Below, piece after piece: positions 19,194 through 28,583 of a stretch of 64,000 nt of DNA (position 1 is its first letter; each line of letters opens with the position of its first letter). This DNA is from a virus. Where the stretch lies: IMG/VR virus record IMGVR_UViG_3300007735_000800, positions 32,001 to 96,000 of that record, one strand, 5' to 3'. Both the position numbers and the translations under genes were made by a program. The notes under the pieces are model-generated. The model was not told the origin of the DNA and searched no databases. It was given only the letters and a program-made list of their open reading frames with translations.

Positions 19194-20108
19194 ATGAAGA
19201 ACATACATTTTTATAATTTATTTCATAATGGTGATTTACATTATTCTAGAGAATTTGTAAAAGATATTATTAATAAAGTAAAAAATAAATATAAAATTGG
19301 TTATTATATTAAAAAATTAGAATCATCATCATTAAATGATATTGATATTGAATTTAAAAATGTAGATAAAAATAATATTTTGTCTACATTTTTAATTTCA
19401 AATTGCCAAAAAATTATAAAAGAAGAACAAAATGATATTTTTGTAAATACATGGATAGGTACAAATAATGCCAAATATGTAAGCAAACATAAATGTTCTT
19501 TAAAAAGTAATTATTTGCTTTATAAAGATATTTTTGCTTTTTTAGATATACCAATAGATTCAATTTCAAATTATATACCATCTATAGATTATTCAAAATT
19601 TAAAATAGAATCTATAGATAAATTTTTTAATAACAATAAACAAAATTTTTATTGCCTAATATCAAATGGACCGGTACACTCTGGTCAAGCTAATTGTTTT
19701 GATTTATCAAATATTATAAACATTCTTAGTAAAAAATATTTAAATATTGGTTTTATTTTAACCCATAAAACAAATTTGGAACATTCATCAAATATTTTTT
19801 ATACAAATGATATAATAGGTTTACAAAAAGATTTAAATGAAATTTCATATTTATCACTAAAATGTAAAATTATTTTTGGTAGGGCTAGTGGGCCTTATTG
19901 CTTCTCACATGTTAAAGAGAACATGTTTGATATAGATAAAACAATAATAGCCAATTCAAATTTTATAGAAGAGGGTCTATGGGCAATGGAAGATGATTTT
20001 GAAAACAAAAAACATTGTAAACAAATTTGGTTGAATACAGCTTCTGATGAAGAATTAATGAATATAATTCAAAATGAAATAGATGTTAAATTGGAAAGTA
20101 AAATATGA
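19194..20108 (+). CDS. Hypothetical protein of the glycosylation island (possible GT-B fold)
   Basis: 304-aa ORF in the operon; HNGDLHYSR and IFGRASGPYCF segments loosely recall GT9-like proteins. Confidence 0.45.
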   Translation: MKNIHFYNLFHNGDLHYSREFVKDIINKVKNKYKIGYYIKKLESSSLNDIDIEFKNVDKNNILSTFLISNCQKIIKEEQNDIFVNTWIGTNNAKYVSKHKCSLKSNYLLYKDIFAFLDIPIDSISNYIPSIDYSKFKIESIDKFFNNNKQNFYCLISNGPVHSGQANCFDLSNIINILSKKYLNIGFILTHKTNLEHSSNIFYTNDIIGLQKDLNEISYLSLKCKIIFGRASGPYCFSHVKENMFDIDKTIIANSNFIEEGLWAMEDDFENKKHCKQIWLNTASDEELMNIIQNEIDVKLESKI

Positions 20109-20470
20109 GCATATCAAATAATATTGAACAAATAATAAAAGAAACAGTCTCTAAAACCTTAGAGAAAAAAAACATACCCGAAAATCCATCTGATTATTAT
20201 TTTACAGACAATATAGCTGAGACTATCGAAAAACTCTGCATACTTCATATAAGAACATGGTTTTTAGAGGACATGGCTGGAGTTTGTAAAACAGATTCTG
20301 AGTTAGCAGATATAAAAAGAAAAGTAGACATTTGCTTCAAACAAAAAAGGCCAGCTTTAATTCAAGCAATAAATAGAATGGTAGATGCTGCTATATTAGA
20401 TGGAAAAAGTTTAAAAGAAGATTCTGTAAAAATTTATAAGGGATTTGTTAATGATTCAGCTACCAATTAA
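20105..20470 (+). CDS. Small helical protein, DUF4254-like
   Basis: DNIAETIEKLCILHIRTWFLED...KRKVD..F.QKRPALIQAIN pattern. Confidence 0.5.
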   Translation: MSISNNIEQIIKETVSKTLEKKNIPENPSDYYFTDNIAETIEKLCILHIRTWFLEDMAGVCKTDSELADIKRKVDICFKQKRPALIQAINRMVDAAILDGKSLKEDSVKIYKGFVNDSATN

Positions 20471-21620
20471 ACTAGTTAAAGATACGATTTCATCGTCAGA
20501 AATAGATTTATTGTGTGACTGGTTAAAAACCTATCCACAATTAACTAAAGGCAAATTAACTGAACAATTTGAAGCAGAGTTTGCAAATTGGACTGGTACA
20601 AAATATTCTGTTTTTGTTAATTCAGGATCATCAGCAAACTTAGCTATGATCTATGCATTAAAAGTATCAAATAAACTAAAAAATGAAAAAATTGTTGTCC
20701 CATGTGTTTCTTGGGTTACCACGGTAAGTCCAATTATTCAATTTGGAATGAAACCAATTTTATGTGAAACAGATAAAGATAGTTTGGGCATTGACATAAA
20801 TCATTTTGAAAAAATTTGTAAAGAAGAATCTCCCGCCTGTTTGTGCCTAGTACATGTTTTAGGATTTCCAAACAAGATGAAAGAGATTAAAGAAATTTGT
20901 AAAAAATACGATGTAATACTATTAGAAGATTCTTGTGAAAGTGTTGGTACAGAATATGAAGGAAAAAAAACGGGTACCTTTGGGCTGATGTCTTCTTTTT
21001 CAACATATTTTGGTCATCATTTTTCTACAATAGAAGGTGGTTTTATTTGCACTGATGACTTTGAATTATATGAAGTATTAAAATCAATCAGATCGCATGG
21101 TTGGAGTAGAGATCTATCTGAACAAACTAAAAACCGCCTGCAGTCAGAGCATCAAATTGATGATTTCAGAAACCTATACACTTTTTATTTTCCCGGTTTT
21201 AATTTAAGAGCAACAGATGTTCAAGCTTTTTTGGGATTGAATCAATTAAAGTCTTTGAATGAAAAAAATAATAAAAGATATAAAAATTTATTGACATATC
21301 ACTCAAATATAAAAAATAGTTATTGGAAAATTAAGTTTAATAATTATGTAAGTAATTTTGCTTATCCAATAATACACCCATTAAAGAATAAAATTGTAGA
21401 AAAATTAAAAGAAAATCAAATAGAGTGCAGACCATTAATTTGTGGTAGTATGTCCAGACAACCATTTTTTTATCAAAGGTATGGTATTGTTGAACACAAT
21501 TTTTCAGATATAATTCATGATTATGGATTATATTTACCCAATAATCCAGATATGACCGAAGAAGAAGTATTGTATATTTCAAATACAGTTAACTCAATAA
21601 CAAAAAATATAAATGAATAA
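20451..21620 (+). CDS. colD: PLP-dependent DegT-family enzyme, ColD-like GDP-4-keto-6-deoxymannose 3-dehydratase
   Basis: NSGSSANL, LLEDSCES and GFNLR motifs. The active-site segment STYFGHHFSTIEGG has His where aminotransferases have the Schiff-base Lys. Confidence 0.72.
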   Translation: MIQLPIKLVKDTISSSEIDLLCDWLKTYPQLTKGKLTEQFEAEFANWTGTKYSVFVNSGSSANLAMIYALKVSNKLKNEKIVVPCVSWVTTVSPIIQFGMKPILCETDKDSLGIDINHFEKICKEESPACLCLVHVLGFPNKMKEIKEICKKYDVILLEDSCESVGTEYEGKKTGTFGLMSSFSTYFGHHFSTIEGGFICTDDFELYEVLKSIRSHGWSRDLSEQTKNRLQSEHQIDDFRNLYTFYFPGFNLRATDVQAFLGLNQLKSLNEKNNKRYKNLLTYHSNIKNSYWKIKFNNYVSNFAYPIIHPLKNKIVEKLKENQIECRPLICGSMSRQPFFYQRYGIVEHNFSDIIHDYGLYLPNNPDMTEEEVLYISNTVNSITKNINE

Positions 21621-22557
21621 AAACTCTAAAATATTTGTTGCGGGACATAAAGGACTTGTTGGTTCTGCTTTGATGAGAAAACTCCATGAAAATGGATTTA
21701 CAAACTTAATAACAAAAACTAAAGATGAATTGGATTTGAGAAATCAAATTGACGTTAAGTATTTCTTCGATAAAGAGAGGCCAGATTACGTATTTCTAAG
21801 TGCCGCAAAGGTCGGAGGAATTGGCTGGAATAAGAATTGTCCAGCAGAATTTATATACGATAATTTGCAAATACAAAACAATATAATTCACAGCGCGTAT
21901 TTAAATGGAGTCAAAAAACTTTTGTTTCTTGGATCGGCGTGCATTTATCCCAAGATTACACCTCAACCAATTAAAGAAGAATATTTGATGACGGATCAGC
22001 TTGAACCAACAAATGAAGGATATGCTTTATCAAAAATTGTTGGTTTAAAAATGTGTCAATACTACACAAAACAATATGGATTCAATGCCATATCATTGAT
22101 GCCAGCTAATTTGTATGGAATCAATGATAATTTTAATGTAGAAAAATGCCACGTTATACCAGCATTGATACGTAAATTTATTGATGCAAAAGAAAATAAT
22201 GAATCATCTGTGGTGTGTTTTGGTGATGGTACTCCGACACGAGAATTTTTGTTTTCTGACGATCTTGCTGATGCATGTTTATTCTTAATGAAAAATTATA
22301 ATTCTCCAGAAATAATTAACGTTGGTTCAGGTATGGATGTAACCATAAAAGAACTAGCGGAAACAATAAAAAGTAAAATAGGATTTAATGGAGAAATTAT
22401 TTGGGATACATCAAAACCAAATGGAACTTCACTGAGAAAAATATGTAATAAAAAAATAAATTCTATGGGCTGGAACGCCACAACCAAACTAGAAGATGGA
22501 ATATCGAAAACAATAGATTGGTATTTGTCAAATAGAAAAAATTATTATAGAAATTAA
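21613..22557 (+). CDS. fcl: GDP-L-fucose synthase / ColC-type epimerase-reductase
   Basis: GHKGLVGS, AAKVGGI, GSACIYP, YALSK, NLYG.ND and HVIPALI motifs. Confidence 0.93.
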   Translation: MNKNSKIFVAGHKGLVGSALMRKLHENGFTNLITKTKDELDLRNQIDVKYFFDKERPDYVFLSAAKVGGIGWNKNCPAEFIYDNLQIQNNIIHSAYLNGVKKLLFLGSACIYPKITPQPIKEEYLMTDQLEPTNEGYALSKIVGLKMCQYYTKQYGFNAISLMPANLYGINDNFNVEKCHVIPALIRKFIDAKENNESSVVCFGDGTPTREFLFSDDLADACLFLMKNYNSPEIINVGSGMDVTIKELAETIKSKIGFNGEIIWDTSKPNGTSLRKICNKKINSMGWNATTKLEDGISKTIDWYLSNRKNYYRN

Positions 22558-22585
22558 TTGAATACTTTAAAATATAAAATATACT
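22558..22585 (+). promoter_or_regulatory. Sigma70-type promoter, leaderless geometry (TTGAAT-N16-TATACT)
   Basis: ATG of gmd lies 6 nt after the -10 hexamer; AT-rich context lowers specificity. Confidence 0.55.
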
Positions 22586-22591
22586 ACTAAT

Positions 22592-23572
22592 ATGAATAAA
22601 AAAGCTTTAATTATTGGTGCAAACGGCCAAGATGCGTCATATTTGGCTGAATTATTAATTGAAAAACAATATGTAGTTCACGGTACAATCAGAAGAAATT
22701 CTGTACCAGAATCTCAGACAACCAGAATTCAACATTTGCACGATAATAATTTAATTACCCTGCATTATGCAGATCTTACGGACCCAATTAGCATTGAAAG
22801 CGTAATTCAAAAAATACAACCAGATGAAATATATCATTTAGCTGCACAGTCTCATGTTCAAATTTCTTTTGATTTACCTCACTATACTTTAGAAGTAAAT
22901 GGTTGTGGAACGCTGTCTGTATTAGAAGCAGTCAGGCGGTTTTCACCACATTCTAAAGTTTACCATGCAGCAACATCTGAGATGTTTGGAAATTCAAAAG
23001 ACCCAGATGGTTACCAGAGAGAAACTACACCAATGGTTCCGGTGAGCCCATATGGATGCGCTAAACTATATGCACATACTTTATGCAGAAATTATAGCCA
23101 GGCTTATAATATTTTTGCTTGCTCTGGAATTCTTTTTAATCACGAATCTCCAAGAAGAGGGATAAACTTTGTTACAAATAAAGTAGCAAATCAAGCAGTT
23201 AAAATTAAATTAGGTTTGGCGGACAAATTAGTTCTTGGGAATCTTGAAGCCAAACGTGATTGGGGGCATGCAAAGGATTATGTAGAAGCAATGTGGCTTA
23301 TGTTACAAAAACCAACTCCAGAAAGTTATGTTATTGCTACTGGAGAAACTAGAACTGTAAGAGAAATGACACTGTACATTTTTAATAAATTAAATTTAAA
23401 TTTTGACAAATATGTGTCTACAGATGAAAAATATTGTAGACCAGAGGAATTACACTATTTAAAAGGTGATGCAACAAAAGCTTATACAGAATTAGGATGG
23501 AAACCAAAAATAAAATTTGAAACTATGATGGATGAAATGGTAGATTTTTGGATAAAAAATTATAAAAAATAA
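22592..23572 (+). CDS. gmd: GDP-mannose 4,6-dehydratase
   Basis: GANGQDASYLAELL, LAAQSHV.ISF, ATSEMFG, SPYGCAKLY, GILFNHESPRRG.NFVT.K and RDWGHAKDYV motifs. Confidence 0.96.
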   Translation: MNKKALIIGANGQDASYLAELLIEKQYVVHGTIRRNSVPESQTTRIQHLHDNNLITLHYADLTDPISIESVIQKIQPDEIYHLAAQSHVQISFDLPHYTLEVNGCGTLSVLEAVRRFSPHSKVYHAATSEMFGNSKDPDGYQRETTPMVPVSPYGCAKLYAHTLCRNYSQAYNIFACSGILFNHESPRRGINFVTNKVANQAVKIKLGLADKLVLGNLEAKRDWGHAKDYVEAMWLMLQKPTPESYVIATGETRTVREMTLYIFNKLNLNFDKYVSTDEKYCRPEELHYLKGDATKAYTELGWKPKIKFETMMDEMVDFWIKNYKK

Positions 23573-23581
23573 TTAATAACT

Positions 23582-24250
23582 ATGAATATTAAACAATTTA
23601 TATTTGACAATTCACCAATAAATAAATGTGGGCAAAGATGTCCAATTATTTTAGAAGCTGGAACAGCTCATGGGTTTGATACGGTTGAATTTGCTAAAAC
23701 ATATCCAGATGGTGTAATTTATGGAATTGAACCTATTACAGCGATGTATGATCATACATACATGTTAACAAAATCTTTTAATAATGTAAAACTATTTAAA
23801 AAAGCATTATCCGATAAAAATGGCAGCGCGGAAATGTATGTTTCATATTATTATGGTAGCCCAACAGGTTCTAGTTCGATACTGGAACCAAAAGACCATG
23901 TACATTTACATCCGGAAATAACATTTAACAATAAAGAAATTGTTGAAACAATTACGCTCGATGATTTTGTGGAAGAACAAAACATATCACATATTGATTT
24001 TATGTGGTTAGATTTGCAGGGATATGAACCAATTGTATTAAATAAATCAATAAAAACTCTTAAAAAGAGTAGGTATTTACACTGCGAAGTTACTATGATT
24101 GAATATTATAAAGATAATATAAAATATCCAGAGTTTAAAAAATTTTTAAATGATAATAATTTTGAAGTTTTAGATGAAAGTGAAATTTTTACTCCAAATG
24201 GAATTAAAAAAGCTGGAAATGTTTTGTTTAAAAATAAATCATATAATTAA
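23582..24250 (+). CDS. FkbM-family methyltransferase
   Basis: LEAGTAHG, GIEP, TITLDDF and IDFMWLDLQGYE motifs. Confidence 0.85.
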   Translation: MNIKQFIFDNSPINKCGQRCPIILEAGTAHGFDTVEFAKTYPDGVIYGIEPITAMYDHTYMLTKSFNNVKLFKKALSDKNGSAEMYVSYYYGSPTGSSSILEPKDHVHLHPEITFNNKEIVETITLDDFVEEQNISHIDFMWLDLQGYEPIVLNKSIKTLKKSRYLHCEVTMIEYYKDNIKYPEFKKFLNDNNFEVLDESEIFTPNGIKKAGNVLFKNKSYN

Positions 24251-24261
24251 GGTAAAATAAA

Positions 24262-24897
24262 ATGTATTATTCTCAGTATAATCAAGATAAAATTTTAAAT
24301 ACTAGAATTTTTAAAAATAAAAAAAATGGATTTTTTATAGATATAGGTGCACATGATGGAATAACATATTCCAATTCATATTTTTTTGAAAAAGAATTGG
24401 AATGGACAGGTATATGTGTGGAACCAAATCCATCCGTATTTAAACAATTACAAAAAAATAGAAAATGTACTTTAATAAACAAACCTGCTTGGATAGAAAA
24501 TAAAAAAGAAGTATTTTTTACAATTACAGGACATTCTGAAATGTTGAGTGGATTATACGACACATATCATCCAAAACATCTAAAAAGAATAAAGTCGGAA
24601 ATAGATGATTTAAATCAAAAATTTGAAATCACTGAAGTTGAATGTTTTGATTTAAATGAATATTTAATAAAAAATTCTATAAATAATATTGATTTTATTA
24701 GTTTAGACACCGAAGGAAGTGAATTTAAAATTTTAAAAAATATTGATTTTTCTCAAATTTCTATAAAAGTTATTGTAATAGAAATACCATATGATCAAAA
24801 TGAAGTAATAAATTTTTTAGAAAATAAAAATTTTTATCTATATGCATATGCTCAAAATTCAGATTTAATTTTTGTTAATAACAGCTATAAATTTTAA
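24262..24897 (+). CDS. FkbM-family methyltransferase
   Basis: YSQYNQD, FFIDIGAHDG...SNS, GICVEPNP and IDFISLDTEGSE motifs. Confidence 0.88.
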   Translation: MYYSQYNQDKILNTRIFKNKKNGFFIDIGAHDGITYSNSYFFEKELEWTGICVEPNPSVFKQLQKNRKCTLINKPAWIENKKEVFFTITGHSEMLSGLYDTYHPKHLKRIKSEIDDLNQKFEITEVECFDLNEYLIKNSINNIDFISLDTEGSEFKILKNIDFSQISIKVIVIEIPYDQNEVINFLENKNFYLYAYAQNSDLIFVNNSYKF

Positions 24898-24924
24898 TTA
24901 AAAAATTAAAAATATTCTTTATTA

Positions 24925-24952
24925 TTGACAATTAATTTTTTTGTGTTAAAAT
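24925..24952 (+). promoter_or_regulatory. Sigma70-type promoter for gp55 (TTGACA-N16-TAAAAT with extended TG)
   Basis: GTG start 6 nt after the -10 hexamer, no SD. Confidence 0.75.
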
Positions 24953-24958
24953 ATAAAT

Positions 24959-25528
24959 GTGAAAAAACCAAAGAAAAAAAAATCTAAACCGTCTGATGCT
25001 GATTATGTAGACAATCAGGCGTTATATGATGCTTTGGTAGAATTTAAAAAGAAGATAAGAGAATCTGAAAACAGCGGAAAGAAAAAACCAAAACTTCCCG
25101 ATTTTATAGGCGAGTGCATACTAAAAATTGCATCTCGCCTTTCTTATCGACCAAATTTTGCCAACTATCCTTATAGAGAAGAAATGGTATCTGACGCAGT
25201 TTTAAATTGTATTACTTATATTGAAAATTTTGATCCAAAACTCTCAACCAGTCCATTTGGTTATCTAACGCAAATATGTTGGTTTTCATTCGTTAGGATT
25301 ATAAACAAAGAGAAAAAAGAAAAATATGTTCAATACAAGTTTGCAGAACAAAAAAATAATAAAGATTTTCAAAATTGGTTTAATGAAGTATATGCTGGTA
25401 TTGACATTGGAAGAAAAGATTTCTTTGGTTTGACCGATTCGGATATGGAACGGTTTGATAAAATGACTGAACCTAAGGTAAAGAAGAAAAGAAAAAGAAA
25501 AGTAAAAGAAGACATGTTTGAACTATGA
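24959..25528 (+). CDS. gp55: Late transcription sigma factor
   Basis: YVDNQALY, FIGECILKIA.RLSYRPNF.NY.YREEMVSDA and PFGYLTQICWFSF.R.I.KEKK motifs. Confidence 0.95.
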   Translation: MKKPKKKKSKPSDADYVDNQALYDALVEFKKKIRESENSGKKKPKLPDFIGECILKIASRLSYRPNFANYPYREEMVSDAVLNCITYIENFDPKLSTSPFGYLTQICWFSFVRIINKEKKEKYVQYKFAEQKNNKDFQNWFNEVYAGIDIGRKDFFGLTDSDMERFDKMTEPKVKKKRKRKVKEDMFEL

Positions 25529-26571
25529 AAGCCGTAATATTGAATGACACCCATTTTGGATACAAAGCAGATTCTCCGATAGTTTTAGAATACTTTCTAT
25601 CCTTCTTTGAAAGGCAGTTGTTTCCTTACCTAAAAGAAAACAAAATTACAACAATATTTCACCTAGGTGATGTATTTGACCGAAGAAAATACATCAACTT
25701 CAAAACCCTAAATGAAGTAAGAACCAGGTTCTTTGAACCTTTGCGTGATATGGGAATAAAGGTTATTGCAATTTGTGGTAACCATGATACGTATTACAGA
25801 AACAACAATAGAGTAAATTCACTGGATGAACTTATTTCTTATTATGGTAACTGGGAAATTTATTCTGAGCCAACAGAAATAAAAACTAGTTCGGGGTGTG
25901 TTGCCCTGGTTCCTTGGATAAATCCTGAAAATCAAGAAAAATCTGCTGACTTTATAATAAACACAACCTGTCCGGTTTTATTTGGTCATTTGGAATTATT
26001 GGGATTTCAAACTATTCGTGGTACATTTGTGGATCAAGGTTATGACCCAAGATATTTTAACAAATTTGAATGTGTTCTTTCTGGGCATTATCACATCAAG
26101 TCTAGTCGTGACAATATCCATTATTTGGGCACGCAATATCAGATGGCTTTCTCGGACGTTTGGGAGTCAAAGGGGTTCCACGTATTTGACTTCAAGGATC
26201 GTACTTTATCGTTTATTGAAAATCCAAGGAAGCTTTTCCACACGTTTGATTATAATGAAGACAACCCGGAAAAGATCGATTATCAGAACTTCAAAGATTG
26301 TTATGTCAAAATTTTTATCAAGAAGCGCACTAAGGCTGCAGCTTTTGAAAAGTACATTGATAAATTCTATGAAGCAGGTGTGGCAGAATTGGCAATAACG
26401 GACGAGGTATCGACAAATCCAGAATTGGTGGCAGTAGATGTGCACAAGGATACATTGCAGCTTCTTCATGAAGAAATTGAAACAATAAACGACAAATCTG
26501 TTGATAAAAAAATACTTGCAAAGATCATAGATGAGGCTTATAATTCTGCATTGTCAAAGGATGAAGAGTGA
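25525..26571 (+). CDS. gp47: Recombination endonuclease subunit (Mre11/SbcD-like)
   Basis: DTHFG, HLGDVFDRRK, GNHD, GHLE and SGHYH metallophosphoesterase motifs. Confidence 0.95.
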   Translation: MKAVILNDTHFGYKADSPIVLEYFLSFFERQLFPYLKENKITTIFHLGDVFDRRKYINFKTLNEVRTRFFEPLRDMGIKVIAICGNHDTYYRNNNRVNSLDELISYYGNWEIYSEPTEIKTSSGCVALVPWINPENQEKSADFIINTTCPVLFGHLELLGFQTIRGTFVDQGYDPRYFNKFECVLSGHYHIKSSRDNIHYLGTQYQMAFSDVWESKGFHVFDFKDRTLSFIENPRKLFHTFDYNEDNPEKIDYQNFKDCYVKIFIKKRTKAAAFEKYIDKFYEAGVAELAITDEVSTNPELVAVDVHKDTLQLLHEEIETINDKSVDKKILAKIIDEAYNSALSKDEE

Positions 26572-28289
26572 TTGAATTTTTAAAAGTCAGATTTAAAAAC
26601 TTTGGTTCGTTTGGAAACAACTTTTCAGAAATTGATTTAAATAGCAGAAAGACAACGTTGGTCACGGGAACCAATGGTCATGGTAAATCTTTTGCTTTGT
26701 TGGATTCTCTTTGTTTTGGTTTGTTTGGCAAGCCATTCCGACCAATAAATATACCACAGTTGATAAATACAGTTAATGGAAAAAACTGTTTAGTTGAAAT
26801 TGAATTTAACAGATCTAACTCTCATTATTTGGTTCGTCGTGGATTGGCTCCCAAAATTTTTGAAATTCATAAGGATGGTAAGCTTTTAGATCAAAATGCC
26901 AAGTCCAAAGATTATCAAGAAATGTTTGAGGAACAGATCCTGGGATTTGATTATTCTGCCTTTAAACAGGTCGTAATCCTCGGCAAATCCAACTTCATAC
27001 CATTCATGCAGCTGACTCCCATGGAGCGCAGGAAGATCATAGAAGGACTCCTAGAGCTCGATATACTGGCTGACATGAATGTATATGTAAAGGGGCAGTT
27101 GGGTTCTTTGAAAGTCGATATTGCTGAACAGAACAGCCTTTTAAAGATATCCCATGAAAAGATAAAATCCCAAAAAGAATTTATAGAACAAGTGAAAACT
27201 AGTAATGCTGGAGATATAAAAATTCTTGAGGGAAGAATTAAAGAATACAAAGATCAAATTGGTGAAGACAATAGAACACTAAAAACTTTACTTGAGGATC
27301 ATTCCGATAAATCCACGCAGATCTCAGATTTAAAAAAGAAAATTGCATCTCTTAAAGATGTTCCTGGTATGCTAATCAAATTGGAAACATTAAAAATTTC
27401 ATTGCTTGATGACATAAAGGCACTGGAAGAGAATGCAACTTGTAAGTGTTGCTTACAGGTTCTTCCAGTTGAACAAAAGCAAAAGCACATTCAAGAAAAA
27501 AGAACAAAGTCAAAAGAATGTTTTGATGCTTTAAAGGTTGCGACAAAGAAGAATCAAGATTTAGAGCAGTACAATAAAAATTTGGAAAAAATGTCGCAAG
27601 AAGCGGAAATATTAGTAAATGACATTAATGGCATCAAATATAGAATTGGAAATGGTGAATCCAATATCAAAGTTTTGGAGAAAGACATAAAGGAAAAACA
27701 AGCAGCCAACAACCTGACTACTTTACTAGCCAGTTTGGCTGATTCGGAAAGTAAAAAAGATGAAATTGCAAAACAAGTTGAAAAACTCATTCAAGAACAA
27801 ATTCATCACGATGTTGTATATGATATCCTCAAAGATGGCGGGCTCAAGAGCCGCATTATCAAACATTATGTTCCCATCATCAATGGACTCGTCAACAAGT
27901 TCCTCGGAAAACTTAATCTCTATGTTGATTTCACCATCGATGAGGAATTCAAGGAAACAATCAAGTCTCGATATAGAGATGCATTCTCATATTCCTCTTT
28001 CTCTGAGGGAGAGAAACAGCGTATCGATTTGGCCATACTGCTGACTTGGCGTGAAGTGGCCAAGATGAAGAATAGCCTAAACTGCAATCTATTGATTTTT
28101 GATGAGATATTGGATTCGTCTTTGGATTCTTCGGGAACCGAGTCTTTTTTGAAGATATTGAATAAAATGAAAAATAAGTGTTCTATATTCATTATAAGCC
28201 ATAAGGCAGATTCTTTAGTCGATAAATTTGATCAATCATTACAATTTGAAAAGAAAAACAACTTTTCAAAGATAAAAGTAAACATATAA
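26568..28289 (+). CDS. gp46: Recombination ATPase subunit (Rad50/SbcC-like)
   Basis: Walker A GTNGHGKS, zinc hook CKCC, signature FSEGEKQRID and Walker B LIFDE. Confidence 0.95.
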   Translation: MIEFLKVRFKNFGSFGNNFSEIDLNSRKTTLVTGTNGHGKSFALLDSLCFGLFGKPFRPINIPQLINTVNGKNCLVEIEFNRSNSHYLVRRGLAPKIFEIHKDGKLLDQNAKSKDYQEMFEEQILGFDYSAFKQVVILGKSNFIPFMQLTPMERRKIIEGLLELDILADMNVYVKGQLGSLKVDIAEQNSLLKISHEKIKSQKEFIEQVKTSNAGDIKILEGRIKEYKDQIGEDNRTLKTLLEDHSDKSTQISDLKKKIASLKDVPGMLIKLETLKISLLDDIKALEENATCKCCLQVLPVEQKQKHIQEKRTKSKECFDALKVATKKNQDLEQYNKNLEKMSQEAEILVNDINGIKYRIGNGESNIKVLEKDIKEKQAANNLTTLLASLADSESKKDEIAKQVEKLIQEQIHHDVVYDILKDGGLKSRIIKHYVPIINGLVNKFLGKLNLYVDFTIDEEFKETIKSRYRDAFSYSSFSEGEKQRIDLAILLTWREVAKMKNSLNCNLLIFDEILDSSLDSSGTESFLKILNKMKNKCSIFIISHKADSLVDKFDQSLQFEKKNNFSKIKVNI

Positions 28290-28292
28290 ATA
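28285..28292 (+). promoter_or_regulatory. T4-type late promoter (TATAAATA)
   Basis: Overlaps the gp46 stop, 6 nt before the next ATG. Confidence 0.7.
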
Positions 28293-28298
28293 TTTTAA

Positions 28299-28583
28299 AT
28301 GTTCAAGGGAACTTACAAGGCAAAAGATTCATATGGTAACCCCATTTACTACACAAATGGTGATGTTGTCCTCGATCAAGGAAGGGCATATAGATGCCTA
28401 TCAAATACCATATACGGACCTTTACAGAGCCCTGACAATTGGTATGTTACTGGATTAACGGAGCCTTATAGAGGAACCACTGCACCGATAAACCCAATAG
28501 AAAATCAAATATGGGTAACTGATTCGGGAACCAAATACATTTGGTTCAAAGATACAAATGGATTTCAGTGGATTGAAATTTGA
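28299..28583 (+). CDS. Small hypothetical protein with a Trp-rich virion/carbohydrate-binding-like module
   Basis: YTNGDVV..QGRAY and P.NPIENQIWVTDSG.KYIW...W motifs resembling fibre-protein modules. Confidence 0.55.
   Translation: MFKGTYKAKDSYGNPIYYTNGDVVLDQGRAYRCLSNTIYGPLQSPDNWYVTGLTEPYRGTTAPINPIENQIWVTDSGTKYIWFKDTNGFQWIEI

Noticed and set aside
14726-24897. DNA-hypermodification role for the island (T4 alpha/beta-glucosyltransferase-like)
   Set aside because: No dCMP/dUMP hydroxymethylase or Agt/Bgt-like gene in the window, and the GT families seen act on glycans. Not fully excluded, because the rest of the genome is unseen.
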